From contig JAEEQU010000001.1 of the NCBI GenBank assembly GCA_016285415.1, forward strand, positions 1-34,822: a stretch of DNA of 34,822 bases, in the 5' to 3' direction. The notes beneath the pieces are model-generated. The model ran no database searches, was not told where the DNA came from, and saw nothing but the letters and a program-made list of their open reading frames with translations. Shown here in pieces: positions 8,249 through 16,202 of this stretch (the stretch's first letter is position 1; each line of letters opens with the position of its first letter). This DNA comes from Alphaproteobacteria bacterium. GTDB lineage: Bacteria; Pseudomonadota; Alphaproteobacteria; Rs-D84. The translations under genes were made by a program, and so were the position numbers.

Positions 8249-9177
8249 TGCCTATCCAAAGACCAGATATTAAAACCGCAAAAAATATACTAGCCGATGC
8301 ATATAAATCGGGACAGATTCCATTTAACGCAAAAATTGTTGAACCATATTGTGACGGGGGTTCTTCATTTGCCTTGCGCTGCATTGATACTGATGGCACA
8401 GAATATGCGGTTCGTTTTCCAAATACAGAACCAATATTAAACAAAATATTGCAAGAAAGCGAAATGTTGCAATTCCTAAATACGCAACATATATCTGAAC
8501 AAAGTGGTCTGGCAATTCCAGAAACACATTATACACCACACGACACGTACCCATTTATATGGCATCAGGCAATCGTTGGACAAACCATATTGCCGCACAA
8601 TTATCATGAATTAAACGAAACACAGAAATCAAATCTCGCTAAAAAAATTGCTGTATTCATGCATGCTATGCATACTTGCAAATTGCCAAATACATCTGGT
8701 AAATCAACAACAGATTTTGTAATTGCGCAAATGAAAGTACACGATTTGGACACACTTGGCAAAAAAATACCTGCACCAATATTACAGAAATATAAAGCAT
8801 TAAATTTAAATACAAATTATCCAGAACGCTTATGTCATTTTGACCTGCATGGTCGCAATATGGCATTAAATCCAAAAACGAAAGATTTAATAGGTATTTT
8901 TGATTTTGGCGACACCAGTGTTCGCCCATGCTTTTTGGATTTTTATAAATTATCATTTATTCACCGCGACCTGACCCGCCGTGTCATAGAAGAATACAAT
9001 AAGATATCTGATATAAAAATAGACATCCGTGATGTTGATTTGGCATATCTTTCTGCTATTGCCTATAGATATCCGCACAGTCAAAATGATGGCATTCTTA
9101 ATAAATCATTGGAAAATTTTGTTCAAGATATAACATCTACAAATACCTTGAATTTAAGTCAAGGCCACAAAATCTAA
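8248..9177 (+). CDS. Aminoglycoside-phosphotransferase-fold (APH / choline-kinase-like) kinase
   Basis: Brenner motif HFDLHGRN and the downstream metal-binding IFDFGD. The ATG shares one nucleotide with the upstream TAA (TAATG). Confidence 0.8.
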   Translation: MPIQRPDIKTAKNILADAYKSGQIPFNAKIVEPYCDGGSSFALRCIDTDGTEYAVRFPNTEPILNKILQESEMLQFLNTQHISEQSGLAIPETHYTPHDTYPFIWHQAIVGQTILPHNYHELNETQKSNLAKKIAVFMHAMHTCKLPNTSGKSTTDFVIAQMKVHDLDTLGKKIPAPILQKYKALNLNTNYPERLCHFDLHGRNMALNPKTKDLIGIFDFGDTSVRPCFLDFYKLSFIHRDLTRRVIEEYNKISDIKIDIRDVDLAYLSAIAYRYPHSQNDGILNKSLENFVQDITSTNTLNLSQGHKI

Positions 9178-9638
9178 TGTATAGACGACTTTAATTCACT
9201 GCGAATTTTCATTAACATTTGGCCCATACGGTTATTTCCACCACGTCCAAAACCACATTTATAACAAACGGCACATGATTTAATCAATATTGCATCACCC
9301 GTGGTTAATAATAATTTTGCGGCATCTTTGTTTTGATTAAACTTTGCACGCAATCCTTTTTCCATAATATCAAATTTCATATCATCAAATCCTATACGGC
9401 GGTTTACCTTGTATTCAGGTGTTTTTGTTAACAGCCGCGCATCATCAGGATTTTCTAAATTTATAATATGACAAAAACGCGAATCGTTCGCATAAAATTT
9501 CATTGCCTGATAATAATGTTCAACGGTTGGGAACACATATTCCTGTCCATCAACGACCATCTTTATCGGAAATGCCGACAGCGGACTAAGGAAATAGTAT
9601 TCACCAACCGGTAAACAAAATTTTATTTCATTTGGCAT
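9174..9638 (-). CDS. NADAR (YbiA / DUF1768) family protein
   Basis: YFLSPLSAFPI...FPTVEHYYQAMKF...AILIKS matches the NADAR signature. Its stop codon overlaps the kinase stop. Confidence 0.8.
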   Translation of the reverse strand: MPNEIKFCLPVGEYYFLSPLSAFPIKMVVDGQEYVFPTVEHYYQAMKFYANDSRFCHIINLENPDDARLLTKTPEYKVNRRIGFDDMKFDIMEKGLRAKFNQNKDAAKLLLTTGDAILIKSCAVCYKCGFGRGGNNRMGQMLMKIRSELKSSIH

Positions 9639-9644
9639 ATATCT

Positions 9645-9857
9645 TTATTTCTTTTCTGACTTTACCAAGCATATCATGCCGATTGCCAGAACGCAAATAA
9701 ATGTTACCATCATCAAAATACCGGCTTCTATACTCATCTGCCAGCCCAAATGGATACCAAACCACATTGGTAATATCCACAGACCCAACGACATAATCGC
9801 GATACAACCGAAACCAAAGAACACCATCAGTTTTGATACATTTGACACTATTTGCAT
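9645..9857 (-). CDS. Small two-helix membrane protein
   Basis: A 70-aa ORF with two hydrophobic helices, an AGGA RBS, and 6 nt of spacing to the NADAR gene. Confidence 0.5.
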   Translation of the reverse strand: MQIVSNVSKLMVFFGFGCIAIMSLGLWILPMWFGIHLGWQMSIEAGILMMVTFICVLAIGMICLVKSEKK

Positions 9858-9875
9858 TTCATTATTCCTTTATAG

Positions 9876-10550
9876 TTAAATTTTCTTTAATGGTTCATGA
9901 CAATCACCCGCGCCATCCTTGGGACAACATGCGAAAACCATCTGCGAAACTTCTTTGAACTTTTCCCCTGCACAGCAACCATATTTATTTGGCTTTGCGC
10001 CATCGCTACACAAACCCTTGGCACGATTTTCTTCTGCCTGGCGCAACTGTTCTGCCTGCTCCGCTTCTATTTCAGCCTGGGTTTTCTGTTCCTCTGGCTT
10101 TTTAGATGGTGCAACCTCTACAGGTTCTGGTGCAACTTCTTCTATTGGTGCGACATCAATTGTAACAAGCGGATTTATGTTATCGTAATTACGCACAGGC
10201 CGACGATTCGCACGTGGCGCACATTGCCGTTGCCGTACCAATAATGCATCCAATTCTTCTTTAAGTTCTGGATGCGCCGCAACATCGGCACGCAATTCGT
10301 TAACACGTTTGTTTATATCGGCACATGTTTCACGTGCTTTAACAGTACGCGTTTCCGTGGTTACAGCAACCTCTTCTTCTACCACTTCTGCTGTATCATC
10401 TTCTTCGTCTTCAGCATCATCGTCAAATTCAAAAAACTCATCAAAATCTTCATCAACTTCTTCAAGTTCTTCGGCAATCGCCATATACGACGCATACGGG
10501 ACTGTCGCAATTGCCAATATTCCCAAAAGCCCTAAGATTTTTATATTCAT
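9876..10550 (-). CDS. Secreted acidic protein with a Cys-rich C-terminus
   Basis: Signal peptide MNIKILGLLGILAIATVPYA, an Asp/Glu tract, a Pro/Glu-rich linker, and a C-terminal CSDGAKPNKYGCCAGEKF...ACCPKDGAGDC. I chose the ATG at 10550 because AGGTG lies 6 nt upstream; the track start is GTG. Confidence 0.6.
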   Translation of the reverse strand: MNIKILGLLGILAIATVPYASYMAIAEELEEVDEDFDEFFEFDDDAEDEEDDTAEVVEEEVAVTTETRTVKARETCADINKRVNELRADVAAHPELKEELDALLVRQRQCAPRANRRPVRNYDNINPLVTIDVAPIEEVAPEPVEVAPSKKPEEQKTQAEIEAEQAEQLRQAEENRAKGLCSDGAKPNKYGCCAGEKFKEVSQMVFACCPKDGAGDCHEPLKKI

Positions 10551-10572
10551 CTTGTACACCTTGGTTCCTATA

Positions 10573-11340
10573 TTATTCTTCTATAACCCTTTGCAGTTCC
10601 ATAATAAAATCAACACCAGGGTTTATAAGTTTTTCAACTTTGTTTATATACTTTTTTGCCTCGTTTTGCATATGCAATTTCTTATATGTATTTACTTTGG
10701 TGCGAATCTCATTCTTGTCAATATCAGAATCATTTATACGCACCCCTTCGGCAATTTGTAATTCATCCAGTGCTTTTTGGGCATATTTCTGCTGATTTTC
10801 TGGGCATCCATTTTCAACCATTTTTGAATATATCTCGGCATTGTGTAAATGGCAGTCATCACAATTTTCAAGTCGTTCCAGTAATGTAGATTCTATTATC
10901 TTACAAGGTTCACTCGTATTTACATCATCTTTACGCAATACATAAAACACACTCATTTCTGCCTGAGCCAGTTCTTTATTTTTATCTCTATTTTCTGGGC
11001 ATCCACTAACAACCAATTTTTCGTAAATTTCCGCATTCCATTTGTGCGAATCTGCGGCATCATATCGCGCATCATTAATATCCGTTACCAAGTTCGCCAT
11101 CAACGCCCTTTCGCGCATTTCACATGGTGTCACTGTTTCCTTGGATTCAACCGCATGTTTTACATGTTCAACCAAACCTGCTTTTTCGGGGCCTTCTGCA
11201 TTTGCATGTTTATTGCCCAAAAAGGTGCCACCAATCATCATCCCGCACAAAAATATGCCACACAGTGCAAGCCATGCGACAATTTTATGTTTGCGCGTAC
11301 AAATATAACATGTTTCACAGGATTTAGTATTGTTCTTCAT
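10573..11340 (-). CDS. Membrane-anchored protein with an internally duplicated Cys-containing module
   Basis: Cytoplasmic CETCYIC, one TM helix, then two copies of PC...NAEIY(E/S)K(L/M)V..GCPEN. A strong GGGGGGAG RBS is present. Confidence 0.6.
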   Translation of the reverse strand: MKNNTKSCETCYICTRKHKIVAWLALCGIFLCGMMIGGTFLGNKHANAEGPEKAGLVEHVKHAVESKETVTPCEMRERALMANLVTDINDARYDAADSHKWNAEIYEKLVVSGCPENRDKNKELAQAEMSVFYVLRKDDVNTSEPCKIIESTLLERLENCDDCHLHNAEIYSKMVENGCPENQQKYAQKALDELQIAEGVRINDSDIDKNEIRTKVNTYKKLHMQNEAKKYINKVEKLINPGVDFIMELQRVIEE

Positions 11341-11365
11341 TTTTCTCCCCCCCGTTTTATTTCAA

Positions 11366-12076
11366 TTATTTAACGACACCGTTTTTAATTGTTATGCGTC
11401 TATCTGCGCGATTCGCCAATGACATATCATGCGTCACAAACAGCATCGCCATTTTATTCTTGCGCACCAAATCAAGCAACAATTCAAATACCGCGACCGC
11501 ATGATTTGGATCCAAACTGCCCGTGGGTTCATCGGCCAACAAAATATCTGGCATATTTGCCAATGCACGCGCAACCGCGGTGCGCTGTTGTTCACCCCCA
11601 GACATTTGCCCCGGTAAATGCGATGCACGATGCGCAACATTTGCGGCCTTTAATAATTTCATTGCGCGCGCAACCGCCACATCTTCGGCGACACCCGATG
11701 CCAACATCGGCAACATAACATTTTCCACCGCCGTAAAATCAGACAATAAATTATGACGCTGATATACAAATCCCATTTTGCGACGACGAATCATTGTACG
11801 CATTTCATCGTTCATTGTATGCACTGGGGTTCCTGAAACCAAAATACTGCCCCCTGATGGTTTATCCAATAATCCAACGCATTGCAACAAAGTTGATTTT
11901 CCAGAACCAGATGGGCCAACAAGTGCGACAATTTCGCCACGGTGCAAATCAAACCCACCACCAGTTAAAATATGTAACGGCTGGCCACCTTCTATAAATG
12001 TCTTTTTTATATCACGCACCGACAGGACGACTTCGCCCTGCTTTGCCCGCGATAAAGAATTTAATATAGATGCCAT
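11366..12076 (-). CDS. lolD: Lipoprotein-releasing ABC transporter ATP-binding protein LolD
   Basis: Walker A GPSGSGKST, signature MSGGEQQR, Walker B LLADEPTG, H-loop VTHD. Adjacent to the LolC/E-type permease. Confidence 0.9.
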   Translation of the reverse strand: MASILNSLSRAKQGEVVLSVRDIKKTFIEGGQPLHILTGGGFDLHRGEIVALVGPSGSGKSTLLQCVGLLDKPSGGSILVSGTPVHTMNDEMRTMIRRRKMGFVYQRHNLLSDFTAVENVMLPMLASGVAEDVAVARAMKLLKAANVAHRASHLPGQMSGGEQQRTAVARALANMPDILLADEPTGSLDPNHAVAVFELLLDLVRKNKMAMLFVTHDMSLANRADRRITIKNGVVK

Positions 12077-12753
12077 TACTTTATTTCCCTTCCATCTTTA
12101 TCCATAATAACACTTTGTTTCTTTTTTTCCAGTACAGAAATTATCTTTTTTGCTGTTTCTGGCGCCAGCACATATCCAACCCGAATTCCATATCCCTTGA
12201 TTTTATCGGACAATTCTTGTTCTCTATCTAACGCCGCATCTATATTAATACCCTGTTGGAAACGGCCACGACAATAATATTCTATTTCTTCTGGGGCAAA
12301 TCCAAATATTGCCCCATACAGAACATCATTGCGTTTATTTTGCACATTTGGCAATTCCGGATTTAATTTAATTATATTTTCATATTCATCTGATAATTTT
12401 TCATCATAACTTTTACTTTTTGATTTTATATAATCAATAACATGTAATCTTGTTTTTTCATCTGGAATATAATTTTTAAACTCTGTTTGAAATCCCCACC
12501 TATCATCTGCATTAAGCATTTCAAAATCAGCAAAAAAACCATACAGTGCAATCTTTTTCATATAATCTGCCTGTGTCACATTATCCGGCATTTTATATTT
12601 GTGAAATAATTTTATATTATTAATACCGATTTTATTTAATTGTTGTTCCAAATCTTTTGCGGACGAATCCCATTCTCTGCCATAGGCATATGAATGCTCT
12701 AACGCAATTTCTGCTAATTTTATTTCAATTGATTTATCCAATTCTTTATTCAT
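12076..12753 (-). CDS. Hypothetical cytosolic protein inserted between lolC/E and lolD
   Basis: A 225-aa ORF whose ATG lies within the last 8 nt of lolC/E (GAGGTG RBS) and whose TAA shares its last base with the lolD ATG. It is very AT-rich and has no signal peptide or TM helix. Confidence 0.6.
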   Translation of the reverse strand: MNKELDKSIEIKLAEIALEHSYAYGREWDSSAKDLEQQLNKIGINNIKLFHKYKMPDNVTQADYMKKIALYGFFADFEMLNADDRWGFQTEFKNYIPDEKTRLHVIDYIKSKSKSYDEKLSDEYENIIKLNPELPNVQNKRNDVLYGAIFGFAPEEIEYYCRGRFQQGINIDAALDREQELSDKIKGYGIRVGYVLAPETAKKIISVLEKKKQSVIMDKDGREIK

Positions 12754-13999
12754 TTCGCAACACCTCTACTGGATCAGTGTTTGCGGCCTTCCATGCTGGA
12801 TAAATTGTTGCCAAGAATGCCAATGCTATCGCAATAACTGCGATACCAATTACAGTTATTGGTTCAAGACGCGATGGCAACTCTGATAAATAATATAGTT
12901 CTGCTGGGAACAAATCACGTCCCGTTACCCATTGGAAAAATTTACGTATCGGTTCAATATAAATTGCGACAACAACCCCCAATGCCGTTCCAAATATCGC
13001 ACCGATAATACCAATACTTGTTCCCGACAAAATAAATATACGCATCATTGAACGACGCGAAACCCCAAATGTCCGCAACACCGCAATATCACGCGATTTA
13101 TCTTTGACCAACATAACAAGTGACGAAACAATGTTAAATGCCGCGACAATAACTATTAACATCAGAATCAAAAACATAACATTTGATTCAACCTGTAGCG
13201 CACCAACAAATCCACGATTCAAATCGCGCCAATCACGCACAACATATCCATCAGGCAATACAGAAATCAATGCATCGCGAACCGAATCTGTATTTTCTAC
13301 ATCTTTTAAGAATAAATCTATGTGTGTTACCGAATTCCCAATATTCAAATATTTCTGTGCCGTTTCCAGTGGCATAAACACATAACCAGAATCATATTCA
13401 TACATTCCCATAAAGAACGATGCTTCAACTGGATATGACATAATTCTTGGCATTGTACCAAATGCGGTTGGTGTCGCACCATTTGCCGAAACCAATGATA
13501 TATTATCACCACGTCCAACACTAAGTTTACGCGCCAATGTTGCACCAACCACCAATTCACCATCACGAATTTCTGTTAGTTTCTTGCCGTATACGCGCGT
13601 TCCAGTTGTTGTTTTTTCCGCCAAATCAGACATACGAATTCCGCGAACCATCGCACCCGAATTATTGCCATCTGCGGTCACCATAACCTGCCCTTCGGCA
13701 ATTGGCACAATAGAAGTTACCGCATTCGCAATTTTTTTGCTTTCGCGCATTTTGCTAATAAGAAAATCGTAATCTGCAATTGCACCATCCTGATGATAAA
13801 CAACAACATGGCCGTTCATCCCAACGATTCGTGATAATAATGTATCGTGAAAGCCACCCATTACCGACATTACAACAATCAATGTTGCCACACCCAACAT
13901 TATACCTATTAGTGAAACCCACGACACCACCGAGCCAAAACCACGTCTTTTGGCGGCCAAATACCTAAATGCAATTTTTCTTTCTAGTTTTGTAAACAT
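12746..13999 (-). CDS. lolC: Lipoprotein-releasing ABC transporter permease, LolC/LolE family
   Basis: KIAFRYLAAKRRGFGSVVSWVSLIGIMLGVATLIVVMSVMGGF N-terminus, a large periplasmic loop and a C-terminal FtsX-type 3-TM bundle. 417 aa. Confidence 0.9.
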   Translation of the reverse strand: MFTKLERKIAFRYLAAKRRGFGSVVSWVSLIGIMLGVATLIVVMSVMGGFHDTLLSRIVGMNGHVVVYHQDGAIADYDFLISKMRESKKIANAVTSIVPIAEGQVMVTADGNNSGAMVRGIRMSDLAEKTTTGTRVYGKKLTEIRDGELVVGATLARKLSVGRGDNISLVSANGATPTAFGTMPRIMSYPVEASFFMGMYEYDSGYVFMPLETAQKYLNIGNSVTHIDLFLKDVENTDSVRDALISVLPDGYVVRDWRDLNRGFVGALQVESNVMFLILMLIVIVAAFNIVSSLVMLVKDKSRDIAVLRTFGVSRRSMMRIFILSGTSIGIIGAIFGTALGVVVAIYIEPIRKFFQWVTGRDLFPAELYYLSELPSRLEPITVIGIAVIAIALAFLATIYPAWKAANTDPVEVLRNE

Positions 14000-14026
14000 C
14001 GTTCACTTCTATTTTATCATACAATA

Positions 14027-15346
14027 TTACTGGCGCAAGTAATTCCGCAACGCATCCCCCGTCAATGGCGCATCGTCCATATCTTCTGGATTAACAATAG
14101 ACACTATACGCGGCGACATAAACACAACCAATTCTGCGAATGGACTAATCAATGTTTCTGGGGTTGTTACAAACGAATGCGTTGGAATACCAATTATAAT
14201 ATAATTGTCACCAACACTGGACGGAATCGCAAACGAAGAAAGTTCACCATTGCTTGTCCGCAATACAATTTTCGCATCTATTTTTTTACGACCCGCAAAA
14301 TCGCTATACTTCGCAGATGCACCAATAATCAGGTCTGTTTCCAATCTTTCTTCTTTACTGCATTGTCCAATATCAAACCGTGATTGCCACCCATCCGGAA
14401 CAACAAAATGCCCCTGAGATACCAATACCACATTTGCCTGTTGCGACAAAAATTCCTGTAATGTTTTGGTGTTTATTTCCGGACCAACAACCAATGTACG
14501 TCCCACAACCCCCGGAATAGACATCTTGATATTCTTTTCCCCAAACGCTGGTAACAAATTCATCCAAATAATTGGATTATCTGTCCGTGGATACACACGA
14601 TAAACATCCATATCCCATGACATCACATATTTCTTGGAAGATATATCGGAAATTATACGTGTAACCTCGCGTTCTGTTTGAAAATTACCCTCAAATATCA
14701 ATGTATTATCCGCCCAATCAACAATCAGATTACGCACATCCGCACCATGCATCGCATCAAGCAACGCCATAACAATTGTATCATTATGTGGCATCTTGAT
14801 TAACCATTTTGCGCGATTAAATAATTTGATTTCGCCAAGCGCCGCATCATATGTGTAATAAACACGTCCCAAACGCGCAATTAAATCTATGGCGTCTGAC
14901 AAATTACCTGATGCAATTGACCCAGAAACCTTTTCTATAACGTGCTCTTGCTCCACAACGGCGATATCTGTTCCTTCTAATAATTTATTTAATGCGGATG
15001 GAACACTTTGCTTTTTAAATTCATAATCTGACACCGTTAAATCAGAAGGTAATTCATCCCCTTTATCTACGCGCACCATTTCTATTTTTTCTTCGGGTAC
15101 AACAGATACAACCGACTGATTATTCCAATCTACCGTGCAACGACGTGGTAATTCCACCGAAAAGCGACGCGCCGTATCTGTGGTTAATGCCGCTTTCTTG
15201 GGAAAAATAGGCACAGAATTTTCATCTATGACTAAATTATCTATTACCTGAACGGTATCATATTCAATTGTATTGGTTTCATTTGGTCCTGTGGCGCACC
15301 CAAACATCACCAATGCAATTAAAACAAAATTTAATAATTTCTTCAT
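14027..15346 (-). CDS. Outer-membrane lipoprotein with secretin-like N-domain and C-terminal features
   Basis: Lipobox LVMFGC. NolW/secretin-N-like block LLDAMHGADVRNLIVDWADNTLIFEGNFQTEREVTRIISDI. YVMSWDMDVYRVY resembles the start of a secretin domain, and the C-terminal AELVVFMSPRIV resembles the conserved secretin end. The ATG at 15346 has a GGGTGA RBS. Confidence 0.45.
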   Translation of the reverse strand: MKKLLNFVLIALVMFGCATGPNETNTIEYDTVQVIDNLVIDENSVPIFPKKAALTTDTARRFSVELPRRCTVDWNNQSVVSVVPEEKIEMVRVDKGDELPSDLTVSDYEFKKQSVPSALNKLLEGTDIAVVEQEHVIEKVSGSIASGNLSDAIDLIARLGRVYYTYDAALGEIKLFNRAKWLIKMPHNDTIVMALLDAMHGADVRNLIVDWADNTLIFEGNFQTEREVTRIISDISSKKYVMSWDMDVYRVYPRTDNPIIWMNLLPAFGEKNIKMSIPGVVGRTLVVGPEINTKTLQEFLSQQANVVLVSQGHFVVPDGWQSRFDIGQCSKEERLETDLIIGASAKYSDFAGRKKIDAKIVLRTSNGELSSFAIPSSVGDNYIIIGIPTHSFVTTPETLISPFAELVVFMSPRIVSIVNPEDMDDAPLTGDALRNYLRQ

Positions 15347-15361
15347 GTTTATCACCCGTTG

Positions 15362-15685
15362 TTATATATTCATTACTTTTTCAAATTCTTCCAATGTCAT
15401 TTCATATATTGGTTTTTGTGATGGTGTTGTCAAACTGCGCACATGTTCAAACTGTGCCTGAAACCTTTCAACAACAGCAACCACATTTGCATCAACATCT
15501 TTTTCTGATTTTAGCAAACGCTGGCCATATTCCACAACAAATTCTAACACATCCGCGGCAAAAAAACGACCAACATAATTTTCCATCGCAATTCCGCCCT
15601 TGTTAACGCATATCGCAGACATAACCTTGGCAGTGCTGTTATAGAAATTCGCTAATTTAATAAAATTATCAACTGTTAATGCCAT
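15362..15685 (-). CDS. Hypothetical protein
   Basis: ORF with a GGGGG RBS before the ATG at 15685 (MALTVDNFIKLANF...), 6 nt upstream of the lipoprotein ORF. I recognise no family. Confidence 0.5.
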   Translation of the reverse strand: MALTVDNFIKLANFYNSTAKVMSAICVNKGGIAMENYVGRFFAADVLEFVVEYGQRLLKSEKDVDANVVAVVERFQAQFEHVRSLTTPSQKPIYEMTLEEFEKVMNI

Positions 15686-15759
15686 CTCTTTTCCCCCAGT
15701 ATTTTTATACATTATAAAAACTATTGCTACCAAAAGGCAATTAAATTATAATAGAAAGC

Positions 15760-16149
15760 ATGAGAATGTTTAAATTATTTTTATTTGCTGGAATATTGGG
15801 ACTTTGCGCATGTTCGTCACCCAACGGGGGCAGCATAGATAACGCCACAATCTTAAATTGGGAAAACGAATCAGTCACAACCGAGCAATTTGTTCGCGAC
15901 CACAAAGCATGTTTGGGAATAACCCAACCATCATATATGCCGCGTTCGCGTCTTGCAAAATTATTATCCCCGAATCAGAGTGCCCGTATGCCCGATTGGG
16001 ACGGTCTGTGGGTAACCTTTCAGTCAAACGAATACCGTGATGTCGGCCAACGCGCATTACTGTCTGTTCCGCGTAACACCACGTCCAAGTCCGTTGGTTC
16101 ATACCGGAAATGTATGTTTAAACGCGGGTATTTATTACGTGCCGTATAA
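15760..16149 (+). CDS. Small lipoprotein
   Basis: Signal peptide with lipobox MRMFKLFLFAGILGLCAC. 129 aa. Confidence 0.6.
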   Translation: MRMFKLFLFAGILGLCACSSPNGGSIDNATILNWENESVTTEQFVRDHKACLGITQPSYMPRSRLAKLLSPNQSARMPDWDGLWVTFQSNEYRDVGQRALLSVPRNTTSKSVGSYRKCMFKRGYLLRAV

Positions 16150-16202
16150 AAATTTGGCATCAAAACTTTCATATTCAATAAAAGTATGATATAATACGCG
16201 AT

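Noticed and set aside
9897-10761. Several plus-strand ORFs (9897-10244, 9919-10188, 10309-10761, 10511-10795), including a poly-Ser stretch.
   Set aside because: They are antisense to the acidic secreted-protein and repeat-protein genes. The Ser/Phe runs are just the complement of GAA/GAT/GAG acidic codons.
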